From: Deltaproteobacteria bacterium
GTDB lineage: Bacteria; Myxococcota_A; UBA9042; PHBI01
DNA: 59,873 nt
Direction of reading: 5' to 3'
NCBI GenBank assembly: GCA_016792665.1
Contig: JAEUKJ010000541.1
Location: 1-59,873 of the forward strand
In this document: in pieces, positions 33,500 through 41,804 of the stretch
How the letters are laid out: each line of letters starts with the position of its first letter
How positions within the stretch are numbered: position 1 is the stretch's first letter
Program-made: the position numbers and the translations under genes
The notes under the pieces: generated by a model
Seen by the model: the letters and a program-made list of their open reading frames with translations, nothing else
What the model was told of the DNA's origin: nothing
Database searches by the model: none

Positions 33500-35068
33500 G
33501 TGTTTCGCCCGCGGACCGTCGCACTCCTGGCCCTCCTCTCGACCCTGCTCGCCTGCTCCGAGCCGGGCGACGGCAGTGGCGTTGGCCCGCGCGATACGCT
33601 CGACACCAGCGACGGCATCCTCTTCCCCGACCTCGGCTTCGACTCCCAGCCCGACACCGACCCCGGCCCCGACACCGCCGACACCGCCGACACCGCGCCT
33701 GCCGACACGCTGTCGCCCGACACCACGCCACCGGTCGACACCGCGCCCGACACCACGGGCTGCGTCAACGGCGCCGGCTGTGACGACCGCGACCCCTGCA
33801 CCGTCAACGACCGCTGCCGGGCCGGCACGTGCCGCGGCGACGCCATCGACTGCAACGACAACAACCCCTGCACCGACGACTCCTGCTTTGGCGGCATCTG
33901 CCAACACTCCCTCGCCGCCGCCAAGTGCCTCATCAACGGCGTCTGCTGGAGCGACCAGCAACCCAACCCCCAGAACCCCTGCCTCCGCTGCCAATCCAGC
34001 GCCTCGACCTCGACCTGGACCTCCTCGGACGGTCTGAAGTGCGACGACGGCGACGCCTGCACCGAGGGCGAGACCTGTCAGGCCGGTGCCTGCAAGGGCG
34101 GCGTCATCCCGCCCGAAATCTGCGACAACGGCCAGGACGACGACTGCAACGGCCAGACCGATCTCGCCGACGACACCTGCGGCGGCGTCAAGCTCTGCAC
34201 CTACCACACCGACTGCTACCCCGAACGCGTCTGCGCACGCTGGGACACGACCGGCGTGCTCCGCTGCTCCGACCCGTGTGCCGGTGCCTCCGACTGCGGC
34301 GCCGGACAGATCTGCTCGAAGGTCCCGGGCTCGGCCCAGGTCGGCTTCTGCCAGGACACGCCCGACGGCTTGGTCGACGGCGCCCCCTGCACCGACGAGA
34401 TCGAGTGCCAGAGTCGCATCTGCTCGGACGGTCGGTGCGCTCCCCTCTGCCTCGACGAGGCCCACTGCGACACCCCAGGCCGCACCTGCCACCCGGTCGG
34501 CGACCTGTCGATCGGCCTCATCAGCGCGGCCTGCGACCCAGACCCGGCCGGCACGCGCTCCATCGGGCAGGTGTGCAGCCTCGACGGCGGCCTCAGCTTC
34601 GACGGCTCGGTCTGCACGTCCGGACACTGCGACCTGCTCGCCCCGGTCGCCCAGACCACCAACTGCGCGCCCCTCTGCAAGACGGACTTCGATTGCTCGC
34701 CATCGCAGGAGTGCAACCTCGTCCTCGGCACCAACACCGAGCGCGCCGAGGCCGTCGCCTACGATCCCCTCTTCACTCAGAAGACCCGCGACACGCTCAC
34801 CGCCTGCTACACGCGCAGCGGCACCGGCAACGCCGCCACCGGCACGCAGTGCACCCAGCGTTCGCAGTGCCGCTCCAACAAGTGCCTCGGCCTCATCCCG
34901 AACGACGCGCGCACCTTCTGCACGAGCTTCTGCACCACGGACGCACAGTGCCCCGCCAACATGGCCTGCAAGCTCGAGGTCCTGAACCTCGCGAGCGAGT
35001 GGCTCTACGCCGCCGGCACCCAGGCCACTGGCGCCTACACCTTCGTGCGCGTCTGCAAGTTCCGTTGA
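33500..35068 (+). CDS. Cysteine-rich repeat lipoprotein
   Basis: In frame with ORF 33122..35068. There is no ATG near the signal peptide, so I call the GTG at 33500 (V/M-FRPRTVALLALLSTLLAC lipobox). A D/T-rich linker follows, then CxDxxPCTxDxC modules, a CDNGQDDDCNGQTD motif and further Cys-rich modules. Confidence 0.75.
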   Translation: MFRPRTVALLALLSTLLACSEPGDGSGVGPRDTLDTSDGILFPDLGFDSQPDTDPGPDTADTADTAPADTLSPDTTPPVDTAPDTTGCVNGAGCDDRDPCTVNDRCRAGTCRGDAIDCNDNNPCTDDSCFGGICQHSLAAAKCLINGVCWSDQQPNPQNPCLRCQSSASTSTWTSSDGLKCDDGDACTEGETCQAGACKGGVIPPEICDNGQDDDCNGQTDLADDTCGGVKLCTYHTDCYPERVCARWDTTGVLRCSDPCAGASDCGAGQICSKVPGSAQVGFCQDTPDGLVDGAPCTDEIECQSRICSDGRCAPLCLDEAHCDTPGRTCHPVGDLSIGLISAACDPDPAGTRSIGQVCSLDGGLSFDGSVCTSGHCDLLAPVAQTTNCAPLCKTDFDCSPSQECNLVLGTNTERAEAVAYDPLFTQKTRDTLTACYTRSGTGNAATGTQCTQRSQCRSNKCLGLIPNDARTFCTSFCTTDAQCPANMACKLEVLNLASEWLYAAGTQATGAYTFVRVCKFR

Positions 35069-35125
35069 ACGTGCCACTTCCGAGACTCCGTCACACCGAC
35101 CTTCGATCGTCCCCAAGGTGTCCTC

Positions 35126-36349
35126 ATGAGAACCGTCGTCTTCGTCGCGCCGCTCTTTCGCGAGGGCAGTAACCGCTTCCTCCGCGCCTTCGCCCAGGTC
35201 CCCGACGTGCGCCTCGGCGTCATCTCGATGGAGCCCGCGGCCGCCATCCCGGCCGACCTGCGCGAGACCCTGCACGCGCACTACCAGGTCCGCGACGCCA
35301 TGGACGCCAAGGAGATCGAGCGCGGCGTGCGCGGCCTCGCCCCGATGATGGGGGGCCACATCGACCGCCTCGTCGCCCACCTCGAGGAGCTCCAGATCGC
35401 CACCGCCGACGCGCGCGAGCACCTCGGCATCGACGGCATGCACGGCCTCGCCGCGCGCAACTTCCGCGAGAAGGACCGCATGAAGGCCGTGCTGCGCAAA
35501 CACGGCGTGCCGGTCGCGCGCAGTCGCCTCCTCGCCTCGGAGCCGGCCGTCCGCCGCTTTGCCGCCGAGGTCGGCCTGCCCATCGTCGTGAAGCCCCCGG
35601 CCGGACTCGGCGCCCGCTCGACCTTCCGCGTCGCGACCCAGGCCGACCTCGACGCCCTCTTGAAGACGCGCCCGCCCTCGGCCAGCGACCCCTACCAGGC
35701 CGAGGAGTACGTCGACGGCTGGGAGAGCACCTGCGAGACGGTGACCATCGACGGGCAGCACGTCTGGCGCTCGGGCACCCACTACCTGCCCGGCCCGCTC
35801 GAGGTCCTCGAGAACCCCTGGATGCAGTACTGCGTCCTCCTCCCGCGCGACGAGGGCGAGAAGCACTTCCGCGAGTTCGACGCCGTCAACGGCGCCGCCC
35901 TCGACGCCCTCGGCATGAAGACCGGCCTCTCCCACATGGAGTGGTTCCGCCGCACCGGCGGCTCGGTCCTCGTCAACGAGGTCGGCGCCCGCCCGCCCGG
36001 CGCCAACATCATGCCGCTCATGAGCGAGGCCTACGGCTGCGACATGTGGGCGAAGTGGGCCGAGCTCATGTCCCACGATCGCTTCGTCGCACCCACCCGC
36101 CAGTTCGCGGCCGGCACCGCGTTCTTCCGCGGCCAGGGACAAGGCAAGGTCAAGGCGGTCCACGGCCTCGCCGAGGCCCAGGCCGAGGTCGGCGAGTACG
36201 TCGTCGACCGCAAGCTGCCGGTCGTCGGCCAGCCCAAGTCGTCCAGCTACGAGGGCGAGGGCTGGGCCGTCGTCAAGCACCCCGACACGGCCGTCGTCAT
36301 GCGCGCCCTCAAGCGCCTGGTCGAGCTCGTGAAGATCGAATATGCCTGA
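35126..36349 (+). CDS. ATP-grasp domain protein (carboxylate-amine ligase-like)
   Basis: ORF 35126..36349. The ATP-grasp pattern is REKDRMKAVLRKHGVPVA..GLPIVVKPPAGLGARSTFRV..AEEYVDG..MEWF..VNEVGARPPG. Confidence 0.75.
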   Translation: MRTVVFVAPLFREGSNRFLRAFAQVPDVRLGVISMEPAAAIPADLRETLHAHYQVRDAMDAKEIERGVRGLAPMMGGHIDRLVAHLEELQIATADAREHLGIDGMHGLAARNFREKDRMKAVLRKHGVPVARSRLLASEPAVRRFAAEVGLPIVVKPPAGLGARSTFRVATQADLDALLKTRPPSASDPYQAEEYVDGWESTCETVTIDGQHVWRSGTHYLPGPLEVLENPWMQYCVLLPRDEGEKHFREFDAVNGAALDALGMKTGLSHMEWFRRTGGSVLVNEVGARPPGANIMPLMSEAYGCDMWAKWAELMSHDRFVAPTRQFAAGTAFFRGQGQGKVKAVHGLAEAQAEVGEYVVDRKLPVVGQPKSSSYEGEGWAVVKHPDTAVVMRALKRLVELVKIEYA

Positions 36350-36887
36350 GTCTGCCGCGCTGGCCATCCGGCCCGTGACGCCCGCGGACGTGCCCGTGCT
36401 CTTGCGTCTCGTGCGCGACCTCGCCGCGTACGAGCAGCTCGAGCACGAGGTCACAGCGACCGTCGACGACTACCAGCGCGCCCTCTTCGCGGGTGATGCC
36501 TCCGCACGCGTCGCCCACGCCGCCCTCGCCGAGCTCGATCACCAGCCCATCGGCTACATGGTCTGGTTCCGATCGTTCTCGACCTTCAAGGCGCGCTCGA
36601 AGCTCTACCTCGAAGACCTCTACGTCGCACCCGAGTACCGCGGCCGCGGCTTCGGCACGGCCATGCTCGCCCACCTCGCGGCGCTGTGCCACGCCGAAGG
36701 GCTCGCCCGCATGCAGTGGCAGGTGCTCGACTGGAACGCGCCGTCCATCGCCTTCTACCGGTCGCTCGGCGCCGACGTGAGCTCGCACTGGTGGGACTGC
36801 TCCCTCGCAGGCGACGCCCTCGCCGCGCTCGCGGCCCGCGCCACGCACGACGCTTCGCGCGTCACCCCTCCAGGAGACGGCACATGA
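36342..36887 (+). CDS. GNAT-family N-acetyltransferase
   Basis: Overlaps the ATP-grasp gene by 8 nt. GNAT motif A is LEDLYVAPEYRGRGFGTAMLAHL, with ..FYRSLGA downstream. Confidence 0.85.
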   Translation: MPESAALAIRPVTPADVPVLLRLVRDLAAYEQLEHEVTATVDDYQRALFAGDASARVAHAALAELDHQPIGYMVWFRSFSTFKARSKLYLEDLYVAPEYRGRGFGTAMLAHLAALCHAEGLARMQWQVLDWNAPSIAFYRSLGADVSSHWWDCSLAGDALAALAARATHDASRVTPPGDGT

Positions 36888-37483
36888 GATGGATCGAAGC
36901 GGTCGTCGGCGTCATCGGCCTGGCGTTCATCGTCTGGCGCATCGCGCGCCTCTTCAACGATCGAAAGCGGCTCCTCACCCTCGTCGTCAGTGACGGCGCG
37001 ACCTCGGACTACCGCGGCATCGTCACCCCCGATCTCATGGCGCTCGGCCTCGGCGACGCCGTCCGTCACGGTCGCTTCCTCGGCGCGCGCGGCGTCATCG
37101 ACGGGCGCATCGTGACAGCGCTCAGTGTCAACGAGGGCGCGCCCGGCATGCCCCAGCGCGCCTGGACCGTCGGCATCGCCGGCCTCGACCTCGGCGCCTT
37201 CTCGGCCAGGGCCCAGAAGACGCGCCGCGCCGCGGACGCGGTCCCGCTCGGCATCGAGGACATCGACTCGCGCGTCGATGTCACCGGCGATCCCGAGGCC
37301 GCGCGCGCCCTCTTCAGCGGTCCCGTCAGCGCTCGCGTGGTCGACCTCATCACGGTCTACGGTTGGCAGATCCTCGACGGGCAGCTCGTGCGCCGCATCG
37401 CGACCGAGTCGATGATGCCGGTCGTCATCAAGGCCGGCCTCGACGTGGCGCGCCTCGTCCGCCCGAGCGCGCCCAGGCCCTGA
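36884..37483 (+). CDS. Membrane-anchored hypothetical protein
   Basis: Internal ATG 36884 of ORF 36686..37483, forming an ATGA overlap with the GNAT stop. N-terminal TM helix is AVVGVIGLAFIVW. Confidence 0.65.
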   Translation: MRWIEAVVGVIGLAFIVWRIARLFNDRKRLLTLVVSDGATSDYRGIVTPDLMALGLGDAVRHGRFLGARGVIDGRIVTALSVNEGAPGMPQRAWTVGIAGLDLGAFSARAQKTRRAADAVPLGIEDIDSRVDVTGDPEAARALFSGPVSARVVDLITVYGWQILDGQLVRRIATESMMPVVIKAGLDVARLVRPSAPRP

Positions 37484-37489
37484 GCCTCC

Positions 37490-39595
37490 TCAGGGTCGCG
37501 CCTCGCGCAGCAGCGCCTCCCAGCCGCGCACGAAGGCCTCCATGCTCGCGGCCTCGGTCCCGAACCCCTCGCCGGAGAACAGGTCCGGGTGAACCTTGGC
37601 CCACGCGCGGAGCTTCTTCGCCAGCGCGGCCAGGACATCCTCGCCGAGCGCCAGCGCGCCCCTCAGGTTGCGCGCCACGCCATCGAGCCAGCCGAGCGGG
37701 TCGAAGCCCTCGGACGTGGGGGTCGCCGTGCCGACCTCGACGCCCGCCTCGAGGGCCTCCAGGACCGCGAGGTACGCATCACTCGAGAGGCTGCGTCGCC
37801 CGGTCGATTCCTGTGCGAGCGCGACGCCCGCCCCCACGTCCGCCTCGCCGAAGATGACGCGCAGCGCGGGCGCCATGACGTGGGGCAGTCCCGCCCGGAA
37901 GAGGACCGTGTCGATCGCCCGTCCCGCCGCGAACAGCCAGTGCTCGCTCAGCGGATAGATCGCGGGCCAGTCGTGTTCGTGGATCCCCTCGCGATGCGCG
38001 ATGACCCGCACGGCCCGCCGCGCGGCCTCGTTGGCGCTCTCCATCGAGGCGAGGTCGGTGTACGTGCGCACGTAGTCCGCCGCGATGAGGAGGTTTCGGG
38101 CCCGCGTCTCGGCGAGAGGACGCAGGTTGAAGGACCCGCGCGGGTGTACGAGCAGCGGCGTCTCGTTCTTGAAGTGCCCCGCGACGATCTGCATCTCGCT
38201 GCAGAGGTGCGACGCGATGAGCAGGTCGCCGCGCATGTCGATGACGTTGCCGTCGACGTCCTCGGTCCCGTGCAGCGCATCGACCAGCTCGCGCCAGACT
38301 TCTTCCAGCACGGCCTCGCGACTGCCGAGCTGGCGCGCCGTCTTGCCCTGGTGCGGACCGTCGGGGATCACCGTGTCCCAGTCCGAGACGACGACCGACA
38401 AGACCCCCTGGAGGTCCGGGATCCCGAAGCTCGCGAAGTCCGCCTCGGTCCAGAACTGCCGCTGCGAGATCGAGGTCAGCGCCAACGGCGTCATCGGGTA
38501 GGCGATGTGCCCCTTGCACACGCGGATATCGCGACGCAGGAAGAACTGCGCGCCGACCATGTCGCGCACCGTGCCATCGAGGTGCGGGGAGGCGATGTTG
38601 GCGAAGGCCTGGTCGAAGTCGAGGAGTTGCTTGCCCCCGGCCGACCGCAGGTGCTTCCGGACGACCTCGATCGGGACCGCGAGGACGTAGTAGTCGGCCT
38701 CGATCTCATGCGCTGCACCCGCCGCATCGGCAAGCGTCGCGCCGGTCACGACCCCCTGGTCGACGTCCAGCGCGAAGCCGTCCCAGTGCTGCCCGTAGTG
38801 GATTGCGACCCCTTCGGCCGCGAGGTGCTCGGTCCATGGCTCGAGCCACGAGAGGTCGGTCGGCGCCGGCAGGACAGCGTCGATGCGCTGGTTGCGCGCC
38901 GAGTTGAAGTTGAAGAGGACCTGCAGCGAGGTGTTGCCGATGGTGCGCGAGCTGCCCTCGTGCGCCTTCATCGCCGACAGGTTGCCGGGGATGGCCAGCA
39001 ACAGGTCGCGCGTGCGGTCCGAGTAGAAGCCGCGCTTGGCCCCGATGAAGTCATCCCAACCGACCGTGTCGTACTCGTAGAGGCGACGCTCATAGGAAGA
39101 GGTCAAGAACTGGAGGAGCACCAGCGAGTACGCGGCGAGCTCGCGCGGTTGGAGGCGCAGGTTCGCCATCGTCTGCCGCGCCGCGTCGAGGACGCTGTCG
39201 GCACTCGTGGCCGGCCGCTCGATGAGGGTCAGGGTGTGCTCGAGCGCGACCCCGCCGCGGTTGCTCGGGTTGAGCTCGGCCCCGACGCTCGACACCGTGC
39301 CGTCCGAGCGCCGGTAGGGCGTCGTCTGCATCGTCTCGATGACGTGGCTGTAGAAGGCCGGGAAGAAGCGAAAGCCGTGCTCGCCCGGCCACGTGCCGCC
39401 CCCGGGTCGATGCTCGAGCTGGCTGCGCGCCTTGCCGCCCAGCGCGTCCCGGGCCTCGTAGATGCGGATGTCGAAGGCCTGGCCGCTGCGCTTGCCGAGC
39501 TCGACCAGCTCGTGCGCAGCGCTCATGCCGCCGATGCCGCCGCCCAGGATGGCGATGCGAATGGGTGCGGAAGAGGGCTGAAGGTCGTTGGTCAT
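37490..39595 (-). CDS. Large FAD-dependent amine-oxidase / phytoene-desaturase-superfamily oxidoreductase (701 aa)
   Basis: Internal ATG 39595 of ORF 37490..39673 (MTNDLQ..). The dinucleotide-binding motif is IAILGGGIGGMSAAHEL..YEARDALGGK..GEHGFRFFP. An extra C-terminal segment of about 130 aa is present. The start overlaps the upstream stop (ATGA). Confidence 0.8.
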   Translation of the reverse strand: MTNDLQPSSAPIRIAILGGGIGGMSAAHELVELGKRSGQAFDIRIYEARDALGGKARSQLEHRPGGGTWPGEHGFRFFPAFYSHVIETMQTTPYRRSDGTVSSVGAELNPSNRGGVALEHTLTLIERPATSADSVLDAARQTMANLRLQPRELAAYSLVLLQFLTSSYERRLYEYDTVGWDDFIGAKRGFYSDRTRDLLLAIPGNLSAMKAHEGSSRTIGNTSLQVLFNFNSARNQRIDAVLPAPTDLSWLEPWTEHLAAEGVAIHYGQHWDGFALDVDQGVVTGATLADAAGAAHEIEADYYVLAVPIEVVRKHLRSAGGKQLLDFDQAFANIASPHLDGTVRDMVGAQFFLRRDIRVCKGHIAYPMTPLALTSISQRQFWTEADFASFGIPDLQGVLSVVVSDWDTVIPDGPHQGKTARQLGSREAVLEEVWRELVDALHGTEDVDGNVIDMRGDLLIASHLCSEMQIVAGHFKNETPLLVHPRGSFNLRPLAETRARNLLIAADYVRTYTDLASMESANEAARRAVRVIAHREGIHEHDWPAIYPLSEHWLFAAGRAIDTVLFRAGLPHVMAPALRVIFGEADVGAGVALAQESTGRRSLSSDAYLAVLEALEAGVEVGTATPTSEGFDPLGWLDGVARNLRGALALGEDVLAALAKKLRAWAKVHPDLFSGEGFGTEAASMEAFVRGWEALLREARP

Positions 39596-40674
39596 CGGGG
39601 CCTCGCGAGAGAGATTTCGGTCATGGCGCGACCCGTCACGGCCTGGCCATCGAGGGTGCCGGACGCGGTGCACGCGCCCTCCCAGAAGGTCGGGACGCCC
39701 GGGATGAGGGTCGAGACGAGCTGATCCTCGAACACCGGGCGAATCGTGAGCTCGAGGGTCATCTTGCCGGACGCGTCGAAGTTCCGGATGCGCGTGTGGG
39801 TCCGGTAGGGCGTGCGACTCAGCGGCGGGGTGAAGCCGCGCGTCTCGTCGTCGACGATCTCCAGACCCTTGAACTCCTCGACCTCTCCGCGAGAGAGGCG
39901 CGCGCCGAAGACCTTCTCGTTCAGGGCCTTGGGATGCTTCACGCGAAAGAAGATCAGTCGCCTTCCATCATCGAGCTGCACGGGGATGTACTTCCACGTG
40001 AACGCGCGCACGTCGGCCGCGCCCCACTGCCGCTCCATCCAGGCCGTGCCGGTGACCGCCTCGTCGCGGCCGGCCACGCGCGCCGTGCCGGTCACCGTGA
40101 GATCGGGCCGCGCGTAGTAGGCGAGCGTCTCGCCGCCGCCGTAGTCGACGATGCCGCGCTCGCCGAGCAGTGCTGCGCGCGCGTGCGTCTCGAGGCGCAG
40201 GTCGAGTCCGTGCTCGCCATCGATCTTCAGGCGATAGCCGTCGCGACGCCCCACGATCTCGCTGGCGACCGACCAGCTCGGCCCTTCGCCGATCCCCGGC
40301 AGCTGCGCGCCGAAGCGGAACGCGATGCGGGTCGGATCGGTCGAGCCTTCGTAGCTGTGTGCCAACGACTGCACGCGCACGAAGTGCGGCGAGAGACGTG
40401 CGCCACCCTGCCAGTCGATGCGCTTGGTGATGCCGGCGACCACGTCGACACCCAGTACGCGCTGGCGCAGCACGACGGCCAGGAAGCTCAGCCGCCGGCC
40501 GCTCGCGGTGTCGAGGTGTCCCTTGTAGTACCACCACTCCGACGGGTCGCGATGCGCGGTCTCGTCCTCGGGGAGGACCACGGCGCCGAGCGTCGGGCCG
40601 CCCTGCTCCATCCTGGGGAGGTCACGTTCGAGGCCGAGGCCGGCGGGTGGCGTGAGGAGGTCGAAGGAGAACAT
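39592..40674 (-). CDS. AttH / CrtC (hydroxyneurosporene-synthase)-like lipocalin-fold protein
   Basis: Internal ATG 40674 of ORF 39592..41514. The motif DPSEWWYYKGHL.., followed by ..TGTAWMERQWG, is typical of the AttH/CrtC family. No signal peptide is evident. Confidence 0.7.
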   Translation of the reverse strand: MFSFDLLTPPAGLGLERDLPRMEQGGPTLGAVVLPEDETAHRDPSEWWYYKGHLDTASGRRLSFLAVVLRQRVLGVDVVAGITKRIDWQGGARLSPHFVRVQSLAHSYEGSTDPTRIAFRFGAQLPGIGEGPSWSVASEIVGRRDGYRLKIDGEHGLDLRLETHARAALLGERGIVDYGGGETLAYYARPDLTVTGTARVAGRDEAVTGTAWMERQWGAADVRAFTWKYIPVQLDDGRRLIFFRVKHPKALNEKVFGARLSRGEVEEFKGLEIVDDETRGFTPPLSRTPYRTHTRIRNFDASGKMTLELTIRPVFEDQLVSTLIPGVPTFWEGACTASGTLDGQAVTGRAMTEISLARPR

Positions 40675-40676
40675 GG

Positions 40677-41645
40677 TCAGGGTCCTTGCAGGATGGCGTC
40701 GAGGCGCGCGTTGACGACGTCGATGTGGATGCCTTCGTTGTAGTGGCCGGGCCGGCCCGCGTGGTGGACTGCGACCGGGCGCCACATCAGGTCGACCACC
40801 AGCCCGCCCGAGGACCCGTCCTCGGTGTGCGCCGAGTAGCGGACGTAGATGCCGTCCACCGCGAGGACCTCGCCCTTGAAGAGCGAGACCTGCTTCGCGC
40901 CGCCCTTGGGGTGCTGGATGACCATGACCCGGTCCCCCACCTTGGGGCGCCCCGCGGGGCGCAGGCGGACGGCGCCGAAGCGCTCGCGCAACGCAGTCAC
41001 GCGCTCGGCGGGGAGGGCGACGAAGGCCAGGTCTTCCGGCTGCGCGCCTGCCCAGCGTCGCGGTGAGGGCCCGAGCGGCTCGACCTCCACGCGCGTGTCG
41101 TCGGTGCTCGCCGCGTAGGTGCGGAACTCGCAGTTCGTGTTCTCGGCCTCCTCGTTCGAGGCGATGACGTGCTCGTTGGTCACGATGAGGCCGCCCGTCG
41201 GCCCGCCCAGCGCCAGGAAGCCGGTGCCCTTCTTGGCGGCCTGGAAGTTCGAGAGCAGGCAGACGGCATCCACCGCGTTCTTGCCGTGCGCGAACCAGAT
41301 CGCGTCGACGAGCTCGGGGGTGTCGTCGATCTTGGCCTCGAGCCGGAGCTCTCCCTCGTTCAAGCGATCGGCGAGCTGCGCGTATTGCGCGACGCGCCCG
41401 ACGTCGAGATCGAGGTTGCGCCAGCCCGGATGGCGCGGGTGCTGATGCACCGCCTTCTGGAGCACGCGCTCCCACGTGGCCTCGTCGGCGCGCTGCGCGA
41501 CCGCGAACCAACACCCCTGCGAGTCGTGCCCCTGGACCTCTTCCTTGAGAGTGCCGGTTGCGTCCGCACGCTCGAGCGCGGCCTCGACCTTGCCGCGGGT
41601 CTCGTACAGCGTAGCGAGGGTGTCGATCGCAGGGTCTCGAGACAT
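40677..41645 (-). CDS. Cytoplasmic trypsin-like serine peptidase with an uncharacterised N-terminal roughly 120-aa domain
   Basis: Internal ATG 41645 of ORF 40677..41690 (MSRDPAID..). There is no signal peptide. The triad candidates are LIVTNEHV (His), EDLAFVAL (Asp) and TEDGSSGG (Ser). The stop codon lies 2 nt before the AttH-like start. Confidence 0.75.
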   Translation of the reverse strand: MSRDPAIDTLATLYETRGKVEAALERADATGTLKEEVQGHDSQGCWFAVAQRADEATWERVLQKAVHQHPRHPGWRNLDLDVGRVAQYAQLADRLNEGELRLEAKIDDTPELVDAIWFAHGKNAVDAVCLLSNFQAAKKGTGFLALGGPTGGLIVTNEHVIASNEEAENTNCEFRTYAASTDDTRVEVEPLGPSPRRWAGAQPEDLAFVALPAERVTALRERFGAVRLRPAGRPKVGDRVMVIQHPKGGAKQVSLFKGEVLAVDGIYVRYSAHTEDGSSGGLVVDLMWRPVAVHHAGRPGHYNEGIHIDVVNARLDAILQGP

Positions 41646-41781
41646 GCGTGCCTCACGAGTCGGGGGACGTCGGTGGCGAACGCAGGGCACTTCCGCTGAA
41701 GCCCTGGCGAGCCGACGCCCATGGACCTACTCAGTGGCGCGAGATTGGCTGACCGTTTCGCGAACTTACGCGAACCCGCGA

Positions 41782-41804
41782 GCACCTGGCTCCGCGGCAG
41801 GTGC
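41782..41804 (-). terminator. Candidate hairpin immediately after the STAND-kinase stop codon
   Basis: gcacctg-(9 nt)-caggtgc gives a 7-bp stem that abuts the stop codon at 41805..41807. Confidence 0.35.

Noticed and set aside
35126-36887. ATP-grasp plus GNAT as a graspetide (microviridin-like) RiPP cluster.
   Set aside because: No small precursor ORF is present in the 57-nt upstream spacer or downstream. No transporter or second ligase is present. It is retained only as a low-confidence open question.
37490-40674. Assigning the AttH-like and FAD-oxidase genes as crtC and crtD.
   Set aside because: No crtB/crtI/crtE-type genes are nearby. The oxidase is far larger than typical CrtD. The operon partner is a protease. 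The similarity is only at superfamily level by eye.
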